Source: the human T2T-CHM13v2.0 reference genome, Homo sapiens
DNA: 64,000 nucleotides
Assembly (NCBI RefSeq): GCF_009914755.1
Contig: NC_060929.1
Direction: 5' to 3' (one strand)
In this document: piece after piece, positions 19,191 to 34,111 of the stretch
Layout: every line of letters starts with the position of its first letter
Numbering within the stretch: the first letter of the stretch is position 1
Position numbers and translations under genes: made by a program
Notes under the pieces: model-generated
The model's database searches: none
What the model was told of the DNA's origin: nothing
Seen by the model: only the letters and a program-made list of their open reading frames with translations

Positions 19191-20223
19191 ACTTATAAAA
19201 TTCAGCTGTAATGATAGTGAAGCTCAGTTGAAGTTTAGGTATTAATGACAGTGACGTTTAATTATAACAATAGTTCTATACCTAGAATCTGAACTATTCT
19301 CCAAATTATTTTCTTCAAATATGTACACATATTTTCAACTTTAAGTACTCAGTGATTAGCTATCACTTGTGATTGTTAACATAAAGTAGTTTGTGTTCCA
19401 AACTTTTACCCATTCTCCAGCACCCATGGCCACAGCAAACCCATTTCTGCTATCAGTTATAACGAGATGCCACTGCTCACTTGGCTGAGAACTGTGAAAG
19501 TCAAAACCAGAAAGCTAACAAATGTCACTCTCTCTTCTTACCTAGTGACTCAAATACAAAGCCTTTAGGCTGGAAATCAGTGCTATCCTTAAACTTCCTA
19601 GAGCCCAACTGCTCCTAACCTGCTCATCTCTTCACCTCTTCCCTTTCAATAGGCAGTCCAGTCTTGCCTTTGTTCCCTGTGAACATCTTCAGATCCATTC
19701 CTGCTGTTGCTCCTTAAATTGCTCTGTCTCCTTTGCACAGGATGCCATCTTGCATGTTTTCCCACAGTCCAGAGTCTATCTAACACAAGAACCAACTAAA
19801 ATCTTTGCATGAAGTATTTTTTTCTAAGGTCTCTAGGACACACAACATCCTTGACTGCCTGTCATATCATTGAGTTGGAACTCAGAGACACATATCCTAT
19901 GAAAGATCTTGTATGTCTGCCCAATCCTTGTTGTTTAGGTATTCATATATGTATGTCTTATCTCTCTAAGCTTCAACAGCAGTTGTCTATACTACTCTTG
20001 AATTGTTTCACCTATTCATCTTACTGAGTTTGTTGGTAAGCATTTTAAGCTACTTAACAAATATGTGATAGTGGATTCTACCCATGCATAACATTACCAA
20101 TAATTCATCTAACAACTCAAAGATAAAAACAAACTAATTCACAAAACAGAATTCTACATTTCATTAGCATATTTTTCACCCTGAAAAACAACAGCAATCA
20201 TATATCTCTCATCAAACACATAC

Positions 20224-20308
20224 CTGCTGAGACCCGGGGGCAATCAGGTAGCATGGACTCCACTGATGTGTCTAATGGTTCTGAGCTAGAGACCCAATTA
20301 CAACAGTT
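20224..20308 (-). CDS. FAM172A: FAM172A/ARB2A internal coding exon, 85 nt, phase 0-1: [28 protein letters not shown](G)
   Basis: Minus-strand acceptor tctctattacattgcag|AACTGT and donor TCAGCAG|gtatgt; continues in frame from the 28450-28566 exon across an 8141-nt intron. Confidence 0.96.
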
Positions 20309-20523
20309 CTGCAATGTAATAGAGACAATATTGTTGAAATACAATTTAAGCCAAGATGGAATTTTTAGGGAGAGTTTAATTTATCCTATAAAATCAACCA
20401 CTAGAGTGTATTCAATTTATTTTCCATACACTTAACATTTTTTTCTTATGTAAACAGTCGGTAATTATTCATAATTAACATGACTCTGAAAAAGGTCCTT
20501 TTGTTTGTTCGTTTTACTATTCA

Positions 20524-20988
<465 letters not shown>

Positions 20989-21179
20989 TCAGATTAAAAT
21001 AAATATTAATGTGAATATTCAAGAAAGAATAGCCAATTTTTAAACTATATTCTTTGTGTAATACCACAAGAAATGAATTTTGTATTTACTCCTCAAAATC
21101 TGACCCATATAAAAATACTATTTTTAAATTTTTACTTTGACCTGCTTTAATGAAGGCTGTATCAAAATAGTTGTAAAGA

Positions 21180-21388
21180 ACATGGACACAGGAAGGGGAA
21201 CATCACACTCTGGGGACTGTTGTGGGGTGGGGGGAGGGGGCAGGGATAGCATTGGGAGATATACCTAATGCTAGATGATGAGTTAGTGGGTGCGGCACAC
21301 CAGCATGTCACATGTATACATATGTAACTAACCTGCACATTGTGCACATGTACCCTAAAACTTAAAGTATAATAATAATAAAAAAAAA
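21180..21388 (+). mobile_element. Short young L1 3' end (L1PA2-like)
   Basis: gcattgggagatatacctaatgctagatga diagnostic of young L1PA 3'UTRs, followed by an A tail. Confidence 0.88.
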
Positions 21389-23151
21389 TCACCATCTGGT
21401 GAGTTGTAGCTGTGTGTATATGGACACAAAGCCTCCAATATTAAAAAATAGGTAATTTTTAATAGTAACGATGTAAGGTAACGATTTACAATTCAGATAA
21501 ATAAAATAATCTATATTCCTTTTATACATTTTAAGTCTGTATTTGAAGTCTGGCTAAAAATATGTGATTATCATCATATGGTTTCTAAAAAATGTCTCAA
21601 CACACACACACATACACACTCTCACACACACAATGAATTTCCAGACAGATTTTTTTTTTTTAAAGAAATCATCCCATCAATCATTTTGCCAAAATCGCTG
21701 ATTGCTATTCTGGTAAACAAGCATGTATTGTGTATTTTTAGATGCTTGCTTCCCTGGTTGTGCACCATGGAATCCGTCCTCACTGTGGAAAGATCCTTGA
21801 CTGGTAGATCAAGTGTCTTATTGTATTTCCTTAATTCATTCTGTCTGGAAGAAGATGTCAGCTGTGTTGCAGTGAGGAGAGAATTTCAAAGGCCCCAGTC
21901 CTCACCAATAAAGGCCGAGGAATGGCTTTTGAATAGATTTGTCAAGGCAACCCTACTGTTCTGGGACCAGGGAGAGCAGGAATAACATAAAGGAAGGGTT
22001 GCTGTATGAGATTAGAAAGTGAAGTTCACAAAGCATGGCAGATTTTTGTAAGAAACAGTAGATCAATGAAACTATTGAACTGTGTAGGAAAAAAAACATG
22101 AAAACAAACATAACATCTAGTAATGTTCTTAAATACTTTCTCTCTTTTTACATTTAAAATGGATAAAATATTAGTATTTTTCATGCATTACAAAAGCTTG
22201 ATGGTTTAAAATGGATACATATTCTATAATGTGCTCTCCTAATCTTAATTAGCAGTTGAATGCAAAATTACACAATGTAAGAGTAGAAACTATAAAAGAA
22301 ATAGGGTTTTAGAAGATATTTCATACATTTGAAATAAGTAAAATTAATATTACCATTGATAGAATACCACATCAGAGAGTTCTAGATAATGCAGAAGATT
22401 AGCACACAATTAGCCAGCTTTTATATACAATGTGACACTTGCTTGTAAGAAATAAGTATTCTCCAAAGCAGTGTCAAGATATGTAAATGGATGATTTGTT
22501 TTATCATTCATCACAGCCCCTAATAAATTCAAAAATCATGACTTCTATAGGTACTAAAAATAGGCTCCCAATGATACAGGGAGATAGCTTCAATGAAGAA
22601 TGACTTTCTCTTTCTCTCTCTTTTTTTTAAACAATTCAGTCTTTTCAATGACAGCAATTAGCACTACCGACAGACAGGCAGCGATTAGGTACTGTATGTA
22701 TTTTAATTATTATTCATCCAACTAGTACCTCCAAATCTGATGAAAGTCAGCTATTAACCAGGTGATATGTCGGTCTTCCTACTGCTCACCTACACTTCAC
22801 ATATGTAAAACTATGTCTTATAGGATTTTCTAGTATTAATATAAGTGATGGCACATTACAGTATGCAGAGGATTAATCATTTTCTAAATTGTTACTTTAA
22901 AAAGCTGAACAAAATGAACTTTTGTCCAGTTTGCTCAGCTCACCTTTAACTCAAACACTTAAAGCAAAATATAAGTTAACATTTTATGTTTGTAAAATTT
23001 CAGTTTTTATCTAGCCACATGTTTAAGGCTTTGATCTCTCATAAAAACTGGACAGAAGTTTAACATCCTATAATTAAAGTGAGTATGTCCAAAAGTTCTC
23101 TGCAATGACCAAGTACCTGTGCAGAACTATACAGATTTGATATGGTCATTT

Positions 23152-23155
<4 letters not shown>

Positions 23156-23200
<45 letters not shown>

Positions 23201-23212
23201 CGCGCACGTGCA
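23156..23212. repeat. (GT)18(GC)7 compound microsatellite
   Basis: Direct reading; 57 bp of unbroken purine-pyrimidine alternation. Confidence 0.95.
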
Positions 23213-24546
23213 GGGGCATGTGGCATTTTTACCCCAAAAAGTATATAGAAAAAAGGGCAAAACAAGTTAAATGTTTGCTATATGATAGAGCATAATGAAA
23301 TAAAATAAACATATGCAAAGAAAGACATACAGCTATTATATCTAAATTCAATCTGTCTGAAATGTTATTTTATCAAATCTAACTCCCTATTCTGAAATGT
23401 GTTACTATAGTTTAGAAGTCAAGTGTCTTTTGGTGCTTTTCTAATACTTACGTGTCCCTTTTTTCAAGGCCCCCGTTTGTCCCCATCCCAATTTTTAGTT
23501 GAGATGAACACTACCAAAGTGTTCCGAGTAGTGATGCAGGCAGCCCACTAGGAAAGCCCTATCTAAATTCAAAACATGCTGGACAGGGTTAGCAGCCCCT
23601 GAGATTTATTCTCAGGTCCCCTGAATAGGCAACAAGGTATGTTGAACTCAAGGTACCAATAGTGCCATGCTTGAGTCTCAGATGCAGCCTCCCCTAGTCC
23701 CAACAAACAAGCATAGAGAAAGAAGTCCTTGGCCAGGGCGGGCAGATAGGGACAGATCGCATGACTAATGTTTCTCTGGGTCTGAAGGAAAAAGAGAAAA
23801 ATAGGTAATGTAGAAAGTATTTCTTAAAGCTAAGTGTTTTCAGTTTAAACATTTTTTTACCCTAAAATGATGATCCTATAGATTTTTGTGGTTGTAAATT
23901 TTCCTTTTTGTAACATCCAAAATTTGGGGAGCTATTGATATGGATTAGAAATGCCTACAGGCCCCAGTGCTGAGTGATTCCCTTTGACATTTGAACCAAG
24001 GGTCAACAATATTTCAGAGTAGGTTTGAAATAACTTTTTTTAAATAAAAACATTACAATTTAGTATATTATATTTAAAGAGAAAAGCAGGTAGTAGCTAT
24101 TCCTGTGCAAGGTGTCTGGAGGTATTTGGAGATGCTTACTACCTTGGTTGAGGCTTGATTTTTATTCATTTTTATTGCATTTGTCTGAGTTGTAAATCGC
24201 CATTGCTTTAAAGGCTGATTTTTAATGTGAAAGGTTTTGTGTCCTCGGACAAATACAACTATGGTTCACTAGGTCAAGTTTCTAAAGCCCTACACTCAGA
24301 GTTGAATGGTGATAGGAAGGGTTCACAACTATTATGTAGAGCCGCACATCTGGTGTGGCTGGAGAATTTCAGAGGCCAGGGGTATGTTGGGAAACATTTG
24401 CCCACTCAGCCTAGACAGTCCTGGGGTTTGAAGTAAGAAGTAATTCAGGAGCTGCCTTCATTTACCTTTTACCTCTCTCTCCTCAAGAGGCTGGCTTAGC
24501 ATCTATGCGTGGTCTTTTAGTTCAGGATAGGTTTCACTTGGAGTAA

Positions 24547-24925
<379 letters not shown>

Positions 24926-25087
24926 TGACCTTCTTTCTTTAAAGGAAACTGTTACTAATATTTAGAAATTACACAAGTAATACAATAATATATTACTTAA
25001 CCTTTGTTCTGTGTGCTAAATTGGTAGGTTTAAAAATTAGCTTTTTATAAAATGGATACATAACATCAGTAACTTTATCACATCCTT

Positions 25088-25885
25088 TCTTTTTTTTATA
25101 GATTTAGGGGTTTCAAGTGCATTTTTATTACATGGATATACTGCATAGTAGTAAAGTCTGGGCTTTTAGTGTAACTGTCACCCAAATAGTGTACATCGTA
25201 CTCAATAGGTAAGTTCTCATCCTTCATCTTCCACCTTCCACCTTTTGGAGTCTCCAATGTCTATTATTCTACTTTGTATGTCCATATGTACCCATAGTTT
25301 AGCTCCCACTTAGAAGTGAGAACATGTGGTATTTGACTTTCTGTTTCTGAGTGATTTCAGTTAAGATAATGGCCTCCAGTTCCATCCATGTTGCTGTAAG
25401 ATATAATTTCATTCATTTTAATGGCTGAGTAGTATTCCACAGTATATATATCTATATACATATATTTAGATATGTACCACATTTTCTTTATCCAGTCATC
25501 CTTTGATGGATGCTTAGGTTGATTCCAAGACTTTGCTATCATGAATAGCACTGCGATAAACATACCAGTATAGATGTCTTTTTGGTAAAATGACTTATTT
25601 TGCTTCGGGTAGATACCCAGTAGTGACACTGCTGGATCAAATAGTACTTCTATCTTTAGCTCTTTGAGAAATCTCCATACTGTTTTCCACAGAGGCTGTA
25701 CTAATTTACATTCCCACCAACAGTGTATATGAATCCCCTTTTCCTTGCCAACATCTGTTTTTTTTTTTTTTAAATAGTAGCCATTCTGATTGGTGTGAGA
25801 TGGTATCTCATTTTGGTTTTAATTTGCATTTCTCTGATGATTAGTGATGTCGAGCATTTTTTCATATGTTTATTGGCCACTTACA
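25088..25885 (-). mobile_element. Old L1 3' end (L1PB-like)
   Basis: Reverse-strand ORF2 C-terminal remnant LLGIYPK...WIKKMWYI plus 3'UTR and T tail. Confidence 0.85.
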
Positions 25886-26689
25886 TGTATCACATTAATT
25901 TAAACATACTTAAACATACTTACAAAACAAAAAACTTTCCAACACCCATGCTTAAGACAACAGCCCTTTCCTGTAATCCAGGTTTGTTTCTCTTCGTTAT
26001 TTCAAGGAGTCTTGCAGAGGGGATAGGAAATAAGAAAGGAGAAAGAAAAGGGGAGGAAGTTTCATCCTGAGAGTTTGGAAACACTGGACTCTTATCTTGC
26101 CAACCCACACTGTAATCTTCTCTACAAGAGGTCACACATTTAGGTAGGTTCCTACAAGGATACCTGTCATACTCTTTTACAGTCTCTCTTTTTGTTCTCG
26201 TTTTGGAGAAGATCACTGAATAGGGGTAATTTCAAAGCTCCATCAGGCATGATCTAATAATTTAAATCTCTGAGATATTATAGTGTTTTCAATGATAACA
26301 CATCTCATTTCTTTATATAGTACCATTTGCTTTTCAAAGAGCTTTCATCCTTGATTATCACCTTTGGTTCTCACAATATTTCATGAAGTAGATGAAATAG
26401 GAATTATTGTCTCCAATTCAATTATGAAACAGACCCAAAAAGATGAAGTGGCTTTTCCAGGATTATAAATCTTAGCAAATTAGCTGGTACATGCTAGATT
26501 CTTAATTATTGATTTACCTAGCCAGAGTCATTATCAAAATTTAGTTCTCCCATATGCTTGTTCTGAATTACTTCCAGTATGTCACCCCGTTTCCCTTTGT
26601 AAGATATTTTGAATAGGCAAACCATTCATAAAAACAAAAGATGAATACAGTTTATGTGTTTTATATTATTTGGGAGTGAGACTGTAACA

Positions 26690-26880
26690 ACAACAGCTAT
26701 AACTTACCGAACTTTTTTAAAGTGCCAAGAACTGTGCTATTTCTTTACATACGTTATTTTCCAACATGTTTGCAAGGTAGGTATTATAGTTTACAGATGA
26801 GAAAATTGAATCTCAAAGAGATAAAATAACTTGCTTAAAACTACAAAGTTATATAAGTGATTGAGCTGGGATTTCAATTT
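26690..26880 (-). mobile_element. MIR
   Basis: Core tttacagatgagaaaattga...aacttgc. Confidence 0.7.
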
Positions 26881-28449
26881 TGATAGGTCAAAATACAAAA
26901 CTCTTCAAATTGCTTCCCTAAGGCTTAATTGAGGGAACTGAGAGAACTATCCAAGAACTAGGGCATTTATAAAATTTTATAAATTTTACAAAAGCTATGC
27001 TTGCAAAGAAATTAATGGCAGGCTTGATTAAATTATGATGAATTCAACTGCTGTCTAGTCAATTAGATGGAAGCTACACAGATTAATATATTCTGATTTT
27101 TGAAAGGAACACCTAATCCAGCCTTAGTTAGAAATACTTAAAAAGTAAACCTAAATAAATTTTATTATATTTGTCATCTGGAATGAAAAACTCATGAGTA
27201 AGGAAGTTTTTAGTTTGAGCCAAGTATCAAATTCCATACTAGTTATGTGAGCGGGGAAAAGTTACTAACAGCTCATTTATTAACCTTACTATTTATATAA
27301 TGCTAGGAGCTTTCTATATGGTCATCAAACACCTACATGTTAGAAAAGATTTTAAAAACCCATCTTTACATGTTTATAGTATTAAGAGGACTGGAATAAA
27401 AATATTTTAGACTTTTGTATGATGAAAGTACTTTTTCTAATGCAGAAAAACAAGTGATAACAGACTGGTGATAATATAATGCTACTATGAAATTATATAG
27501 CCTAATTTTTCTATCTCTTCAAACATTAACTCTGTGGTCCTTACAGTGTACCATGAAGGCTGGTAGAATTTACCCACCACACAGTCCTATGGTGTCAGCT
27601 GAAGAGCCACTAGGTATTCTATTAAGAAAAACTGGAAGAAAACCAGGAAGGTCAATCAGCTCATTCATACTATATAAGTAAATGATTTGATTAAACAATT
27701 ACTATGGCACGGGGTGGCTGATGCCAACTGCTTATAATATCAGAAAGATAAATAAAAATAAAAGAAAATTTCAGCTGGATATCTGTCATAGGAACAAAAA
27801 ATATAACAGGCTGAAAGTTAAAAAATAGTAATAATGGGAGCATATTCAATGAATCCTTGTTAGTTTTCAGGTTCACCAGCCCTTAGGAAGTGTGAAAAGA
27901 AGCTTTCTTAGCCTGAGGCTGAACCATGGCTAGCCCCTGGGTTTCTCTTAGCTCAAGGGTCTGGCATAACAGTATTTCAGCTTTTTTCTTCTCTTCCCTC
28001 TACTGGATGTAGTCAGCCAATCCATTTAAGAGTGGCACATACTGACTGCCTTTTCAAGAAGAAAAGGAGACTAAGTGTACCTTATGCGTCTTTCTTGTAA
28101 CTAAATAGCACCAATGCTAAATAACTGGTGGAAAAATTAAGCAACAGGGAATAAGAATCTCCTAACTCCATGACCTTTTTCAGCCAAAGTTCCTACCATA
28201 GATTGAACACTATACACATATAGTGTTCTATAGAAAACCAAAAAGAAGGGAGGAGAGCTTTCAAAAATATTAGGTCTTCACATGGGTTTTCTATTATTAT
28301 TTTAAACATGTCTAGCTTTTTCTATTTCCTCTCAATGTTCTGCCTCTAGAAAGGGAGTTTGAGGATGGGAGGTGTTACAGGTTGGTGGGGGCTCAAGATA
28401 TAAAGGCTCACACCCATTCATCTCAGCACTAAAAAAAACCAAGTCTCAC

Positions 28450-28566
28450 CTCTCTCATCCATTCTCGAATCGTTTTGCCAGCTTCTTGATGCCACACATT
28501 GTGAACAGAGTCTGTCAATGCCACAGCAGTTACCTTATTTTTTACATCGGCTTCTCGTTGAATCAT
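28450..28566 (-). CDS. FAM172A: FAM172A/ARB2A internal coding exon, 117 nt, phase 0-0: [39 protein letters not shown]
   Basis: Minus-strand acceptor ccttttttaaaacag|ATGATT and donor AGAGAG|gtgaga; open 39-codon frame matching remembered FAM172A protein. Confidence 0.96.
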
Positions 28567-31500
28567 CTGTTTTAAAAAAGGAAAATAAAATATTGGCTAT
28601 AATTGTTTTTCCTACTGGGTGCAGCCTGCTTAGTCAGAGATAACAATAATATTATATTAACAATGAAAAAGCAATATGCATCTCTGGTTCAAAGTTACTC
28701 TTTTTTTGCATTGAACACACACCCTATTCTTGTCCAGAGATGTGAAAAGACCTAATATTTCATTTAAAAAAATACCACTTAAGTCTTAGAACTACGCAGC
28801 TCTATTATTTTCCATGTGGTTTGACGATTCGAGGATTAAAGGGATCACAGGGGAATCCCTGAGGGTTTCTTTTACAAGTTTCTTCCACCACTTCCTATTT
28901 CAGTGCTTCAGGGAAGTTAGTACCCGGGGTTCACTGTTAGCTACTTAGGACTAACTTCTACTAATTTTCAGTAGATGGCACATCAGTAAAGAAAGATATC
29001 TTGCTTTGACTTTTCCAATTTAACTAGCCTGCTCTTCACCATGGCCTTGTAATTCCTTGGTGTTTTAAATGCCCACAAAGATATTTTTCATTCAAAGCCT
29101 ATTAATTTTGCTTTCCAGCATATTTCTTTATGTTGGCAAACAATATATTTTATAATAACTTCTTCCTATAGAATGCTATTTCTACAAAACAAAATAGCTT
29201 CTAAAATAACAAAAAAAGATTTGCTTGGCTTGGAGATACCGATGAATTCATCAGTGGTCTGCCAGATAAAGAAATTAAAAGCTAAAATTTCTACATCAAA
29301 AGAAATGAAAAAAGGTTTTAATCTACTACACTAGTGGCCCTAATTTGGTGTAATAAATGTAAGAAAGCTATAAAAATTGCAGTTAAAATATCATAAATAC
29401 TAACCTTGCATTTCATAATAATGTTCTTTTTTTTGCTTCAAATGTCTTTTCTCCCTCTAAATTCTTTTATTGAAAAAAAGAACAATTTCTTTATCATTTG
29501 CTGTTAATTTCTATGAATTGTCTATCAAAAATATAATAGTGCACTTCAAAAAAGAGAATTCTGAATGGCGATGAAAGCTCATACAGAGAAAGAACACTGC
29601 ACACCATGCTTATGATACCAAAGGATGCCTGTTGGCGTTCTGAATTTAAAATGTCTCTCTCTTAATTTTTTTTAAGCCCAGCATATGTACATGCTGTCTC
29701 AATGAATACTACCTAATGGGAACCCAACTCACTGTTAATGCTGCCTCAGCAACATTTCTGCACCTCAAGTCTTTGTGCCCTGTGTTTTCTGCTTATATAA
29801 TATAAAAATCTTAAAATCAATATTGGTTACCAACATCATAATATTGCTGCAAAAATTTATCCTGCAATACCAATAATACTTTTAAAAGCATAAAATAATA
29901 CTCTAATTTAATACTTCACATGAATTATTAACTAGTATGCTACCTTCTTCTAGATTTTATTTTACAAATAGATTATCATTGGATCACATTGGCACTAGCA
30001 TATAAAAGTTTAAACCAACATTAGATGATAAAACCCCAAATTCCACAATATTGAATCCAACTGGCTTATGAAGAAATTATATGTCCTTATTCTCATTTTC
30101 TAAATGGTAACACTTTTAGAGATCTAGACCAATTGTTGCTGAAGTACAAAATAAGAACATGCCTTTCTGGTATTCTAAGGATATGTTTGCGTTTTAAAAT
30201 ATTTGACTCGGATTTTGTTGTGGTTGTTGTTAACATATGCAGATGTATTTAAGACAGCATCTGAAGACACTAAATCTTGAGAGCCATTTGTGAAATGAGA
30301 TACAATAAAGTAATGAATTGGTGAGGAGTTAGTGTTAAAGTAGAAAACCTGGGGATTAAAATTCTACAAGATGGAAAAATACAGAGTTGTTAGAGGGACT
30401 ACTAGAGGAAAATATCTGTAGTCTGTCTTTCTGGCTGACGTTTCATACAGTGGAAGTGATAACACGCAATTTATCATCACATCACACTGTCACATTATAA
30501 TCCAATATGATACTCTCTTACACTGTTATAGCATTTTACACTTTAAAAATCACTTTCATATTTTATTATTACAGGTGAGGAATGGCCAAATTCCAGAAGA
30601 TCTTACTGAAGAGCGGTTTACAAATTAACCCAGTAGCAAAGAATTTCCAATATTTGACTGTTTAGGATTAGTAGAATTGTGAATAAGTGAATATGTTAAC
30701 AGTCTAACTTTTTGGACTATTTACCTCTGTTCCATCCTTGCTGCAGCCTAATTTAGTAGTCCTGGAACTACTTGCAACTGCCATTTCTGTCCAGACCCTC
30801 TGCTTCTTGCATTTATTAGTCTGGGTCACAGTCCCCCCTTACTTCTTCCACTGTGAATGAGTACTGATGAAAAATACTGGAGACAGGCAATGGTGCAGGG
30901 AGACAGAATCAGGTTTGCTTAAGAGACAGACCTTAGATGAAATATAGCCAAAGCAAGGAATGAGTAGAAGCACAGCTGGGCAGGAAAAAACCTTCTATAA
31001 TATGGTCTATAACAGAAGACCATAATAGTCTGGAAAACCCTCTCTGAAAGGGAGGAAAGCCATATCATCAAAGTCCTTCTATATAACAATCTAAGGTGGA
31101 CATGGCAGTATTTATTTAGGATCCATTGATATTAAACAACTTGAAATTCCTTGTAAAATGCTTTCTACATGGGCATATGAATATTTTTTTGAGGAGAAGA
31201 TCTTTAACTTTGAGATTCTCAAAGGAATCTTAGTCTGTAAAAAAGATAAGACCATGTGATCTAAATGTCTCCATATATTCTTGAATTATGAAATATCCAG
31301 TAAGAGATCCCTTTGAATAATTACACTTAAGGTCAACATCCATACCATTTTTGTTATAATATCTTCAGTGTGGTATCAAGTGTTGGATAGAAGTGATGAC
31401 AAATTTTGATACCTCGGACATCAACATTCTAAAGTTCCATGGCTTAATAGGATATACATTGTAAAGTTACAATTAAAATATTGCTTTTGTCTGTGTATAA

Positions 31501-34111
31501 TATTTATTTTAATCTGAATAGCAGTTTCCAAATTTCAAAATAAAATACAAATTAATTCTCATTTTACTCTCAAATAATATGGAAATGTAGGCAAAACTTG
31601 TTTATTTTCCCTATTTGTGGATAAGTAAACTGAGACAGTTTAAGAAACCAGTTAAAGGCCACCCAGACACAAAGTGATAAAACTGTGACTTGACCTTGGA
31701 TATATGTCATGTTCTTTCATCTGTATTACACGAGGTCTACTTCTCAGTAATACATAACACTCTTACATAAATAAACTCATTTGATTAATTCCCTTTTCAT
31801 ATATACAGCATTTCATTCACTTGGACATTTTTTTAAATGGTAAAAAGATCCAGATCAGTAAGGAATGTTGAAATTCTAAAATTCATGCCAAGATAGAAAT
31901 CAGCCAGGAGGAGAAACTGACAATAGCACTTTAAAATTATTACAGTTCTAAAATAAATAATGTCTAGGGTAAGAGGGAAAATTAGATATTCCTATAAATC
32001 ATATTGATGATTTCAGCATTAACAAAAAAATGTGGCCCTGTTACCTGATAGTTTTGTTTCCTTAATTCTACCCATTTATCCACTCATAGTGTTTTCACTT
32101 GAGCTTAAACATAATTAATCTGTTCTTTCCTTCACTATGTGGCATGCTCCTAGTCTGGCAAAAGTTTAAGCTACTAAATATCAAGTACAGTACTTTGAAC
32201 AGATTAAAAGCATATGCCATCTGTATGCAAGTTCATATTACTATTAACATTGTTGATGGGGCTGAAATTGAGGGGGGGAAATCCTGTTTATCATTATTTT
32301 TTCTTGCAGAGTAAGAGTTAAAAAATTAACTAACAGTGACAAGACGGATGAGTTCGTCTGAGTATAATAGGAGTATTCATTCGGTGAGATGAAGACCAGA
32401 GGACCAAAGGGAGGTGCGGGAGGGCCGGAGGCAGCAAGGCTACCTCTGCTCCCTTCCGTGTGCAGTGCAGGCCTTCCACAGGGCTGCTACCATTTCCCTC
32501 CAGAAATCCTGCAGACCTTTTCTGTCCACCTAATTTACCGCACCATGCTTTCTCTAAGGTCCTCAAATGATGTACCTGCCTACTGTCTTCACAGATACCT
32601 GGCCAAATTCAAATGCTTCATGTCATCCTAAGCATTCTTCAATTTCCTTTTTGTGCTTAAAAACTGTTTTAGCATTTCTCTGGATTTCATTTCTTCCAGA
32701 ACTCCACCATAAATGACTTTCCGCAAAGGAAAACACAAAGATTCCTTTACTTCTGCCAAATTGAATTATGATTTAATTTAACTTATACTGAATTAAGGTA
32801 GAGAGATGCCTTAATTTACTTTGAAGGCAGGGAGATGTTGATGTTATAGGGATGCTCTGCCATGAAGTCTTTGGCATATCTCTAATCCAGGGCCTTGGGT
32901 TATGGGAATTGTAAATCCAACTCAATTCAATCTCCCAACCTAAAGGAGAAAGAAACTCTAAATTGGGATGGCTTCACCCTAACCTAAAAGAAGCTGATGC
33001 ATAATTTCATTTTCCTGTATTTGTAGCCTGGCAGCCATGACACTCAGAATAATTACTTCTTATATTTTAAAGTCCAAGGGAATTCCTAAAAGAGCCAGTG
33101 TGGGTTGGGGTAGGGATGTATATATGTGCGTGCAGACCCATAGCTATGTTTGGATATATCACATGTTTCAAATGTGTTTTTGAAAAAATATTTTAAAGTC
33201 TTCTATCAGCAAAAGCCATTACTTTCTTTTTAAATTATGACATGTGTTACACATATGTACTGTGAGGGTTACAGCATGTGAATTACTTGTACAGGAAATA
33301 ATATTCTGAAAAGAAAATCAGATAACACATATTTGCATCAGATTAGGATCTGACACTACTGTACGTTTATAAATCCAAGGATCATTACTACCGTATGAGC
33401 ATGAATGAATCATCACTCCGGTTAATAGCAGAGTTGAGGTTTGAGATGCCTTTAAAAAAAATACATGTATATAAATAGATTAGCTCCCTCTAGAGCTCCT
33501 TTAGTTAAAATTTCAGATTAAGTTGTTTCAAAGGCTTGAAAAGTATAAAATGCTGGTACCTTTTCATAATTTCATTAAGCAGATCATAATTGCATTCAGT
33601 GCTTCTACTTCAGTGCAGTTTTTATGTGGTTTAATAAACTAAAATATTTTATCACAAACCTCTCCTATCACTTTACACTTCTGCCTGCATATTCTCCATT
33701 TCATGGTACTCTGTCCTGTGCTATCCAAGCCCACCTGGTTACAAGTGTGCCCTGTAGATGACTTATCAGTCAACTCTGGGTTTGGCAGTCTTTTCTGTTA
33801 AGGTCAGAGACTACTTTGTATTATTTTTCCTGAAGATTCTTTTGGACAAGTCTATCCCAACAGAATGCTACTAAGAGAACAAATACCATCTTTGGTGTAA
33901 CACTAAAACCTTGATTCTGTTATCTTAGGCACTAGCACCTCTAGTGATTATAATGAAATACACACACTTCAGTAGATAAAATGTGAAGACCAAACTGCCC
34001 AGCAGGAAATTCAGATGAGTATGACATTCAACTCTCCTGTTACCTGCAGTTCACACCTCTAATCTGCATTCACAATTTCTATTTTGAAAGTAGAAGCTTC
34101 GGAAGTTAAGT

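Noticed and set aside
21578-21985. 135-aa + strand ORF
   Set aside because: It runs through an (AC)n and a poly-T tract, has no recognisable domain and is antisense to the host gene.
22737-22750. CTGATGA core suggesting a hammerhead ribozyme
   Set aside because: I could not build the three stems or a correctly placed GAAA and cleavage triplet.
33932-33948. CTCF-like cactagaggtgc
   Set aside because: The core is one G short of the motif spacing.
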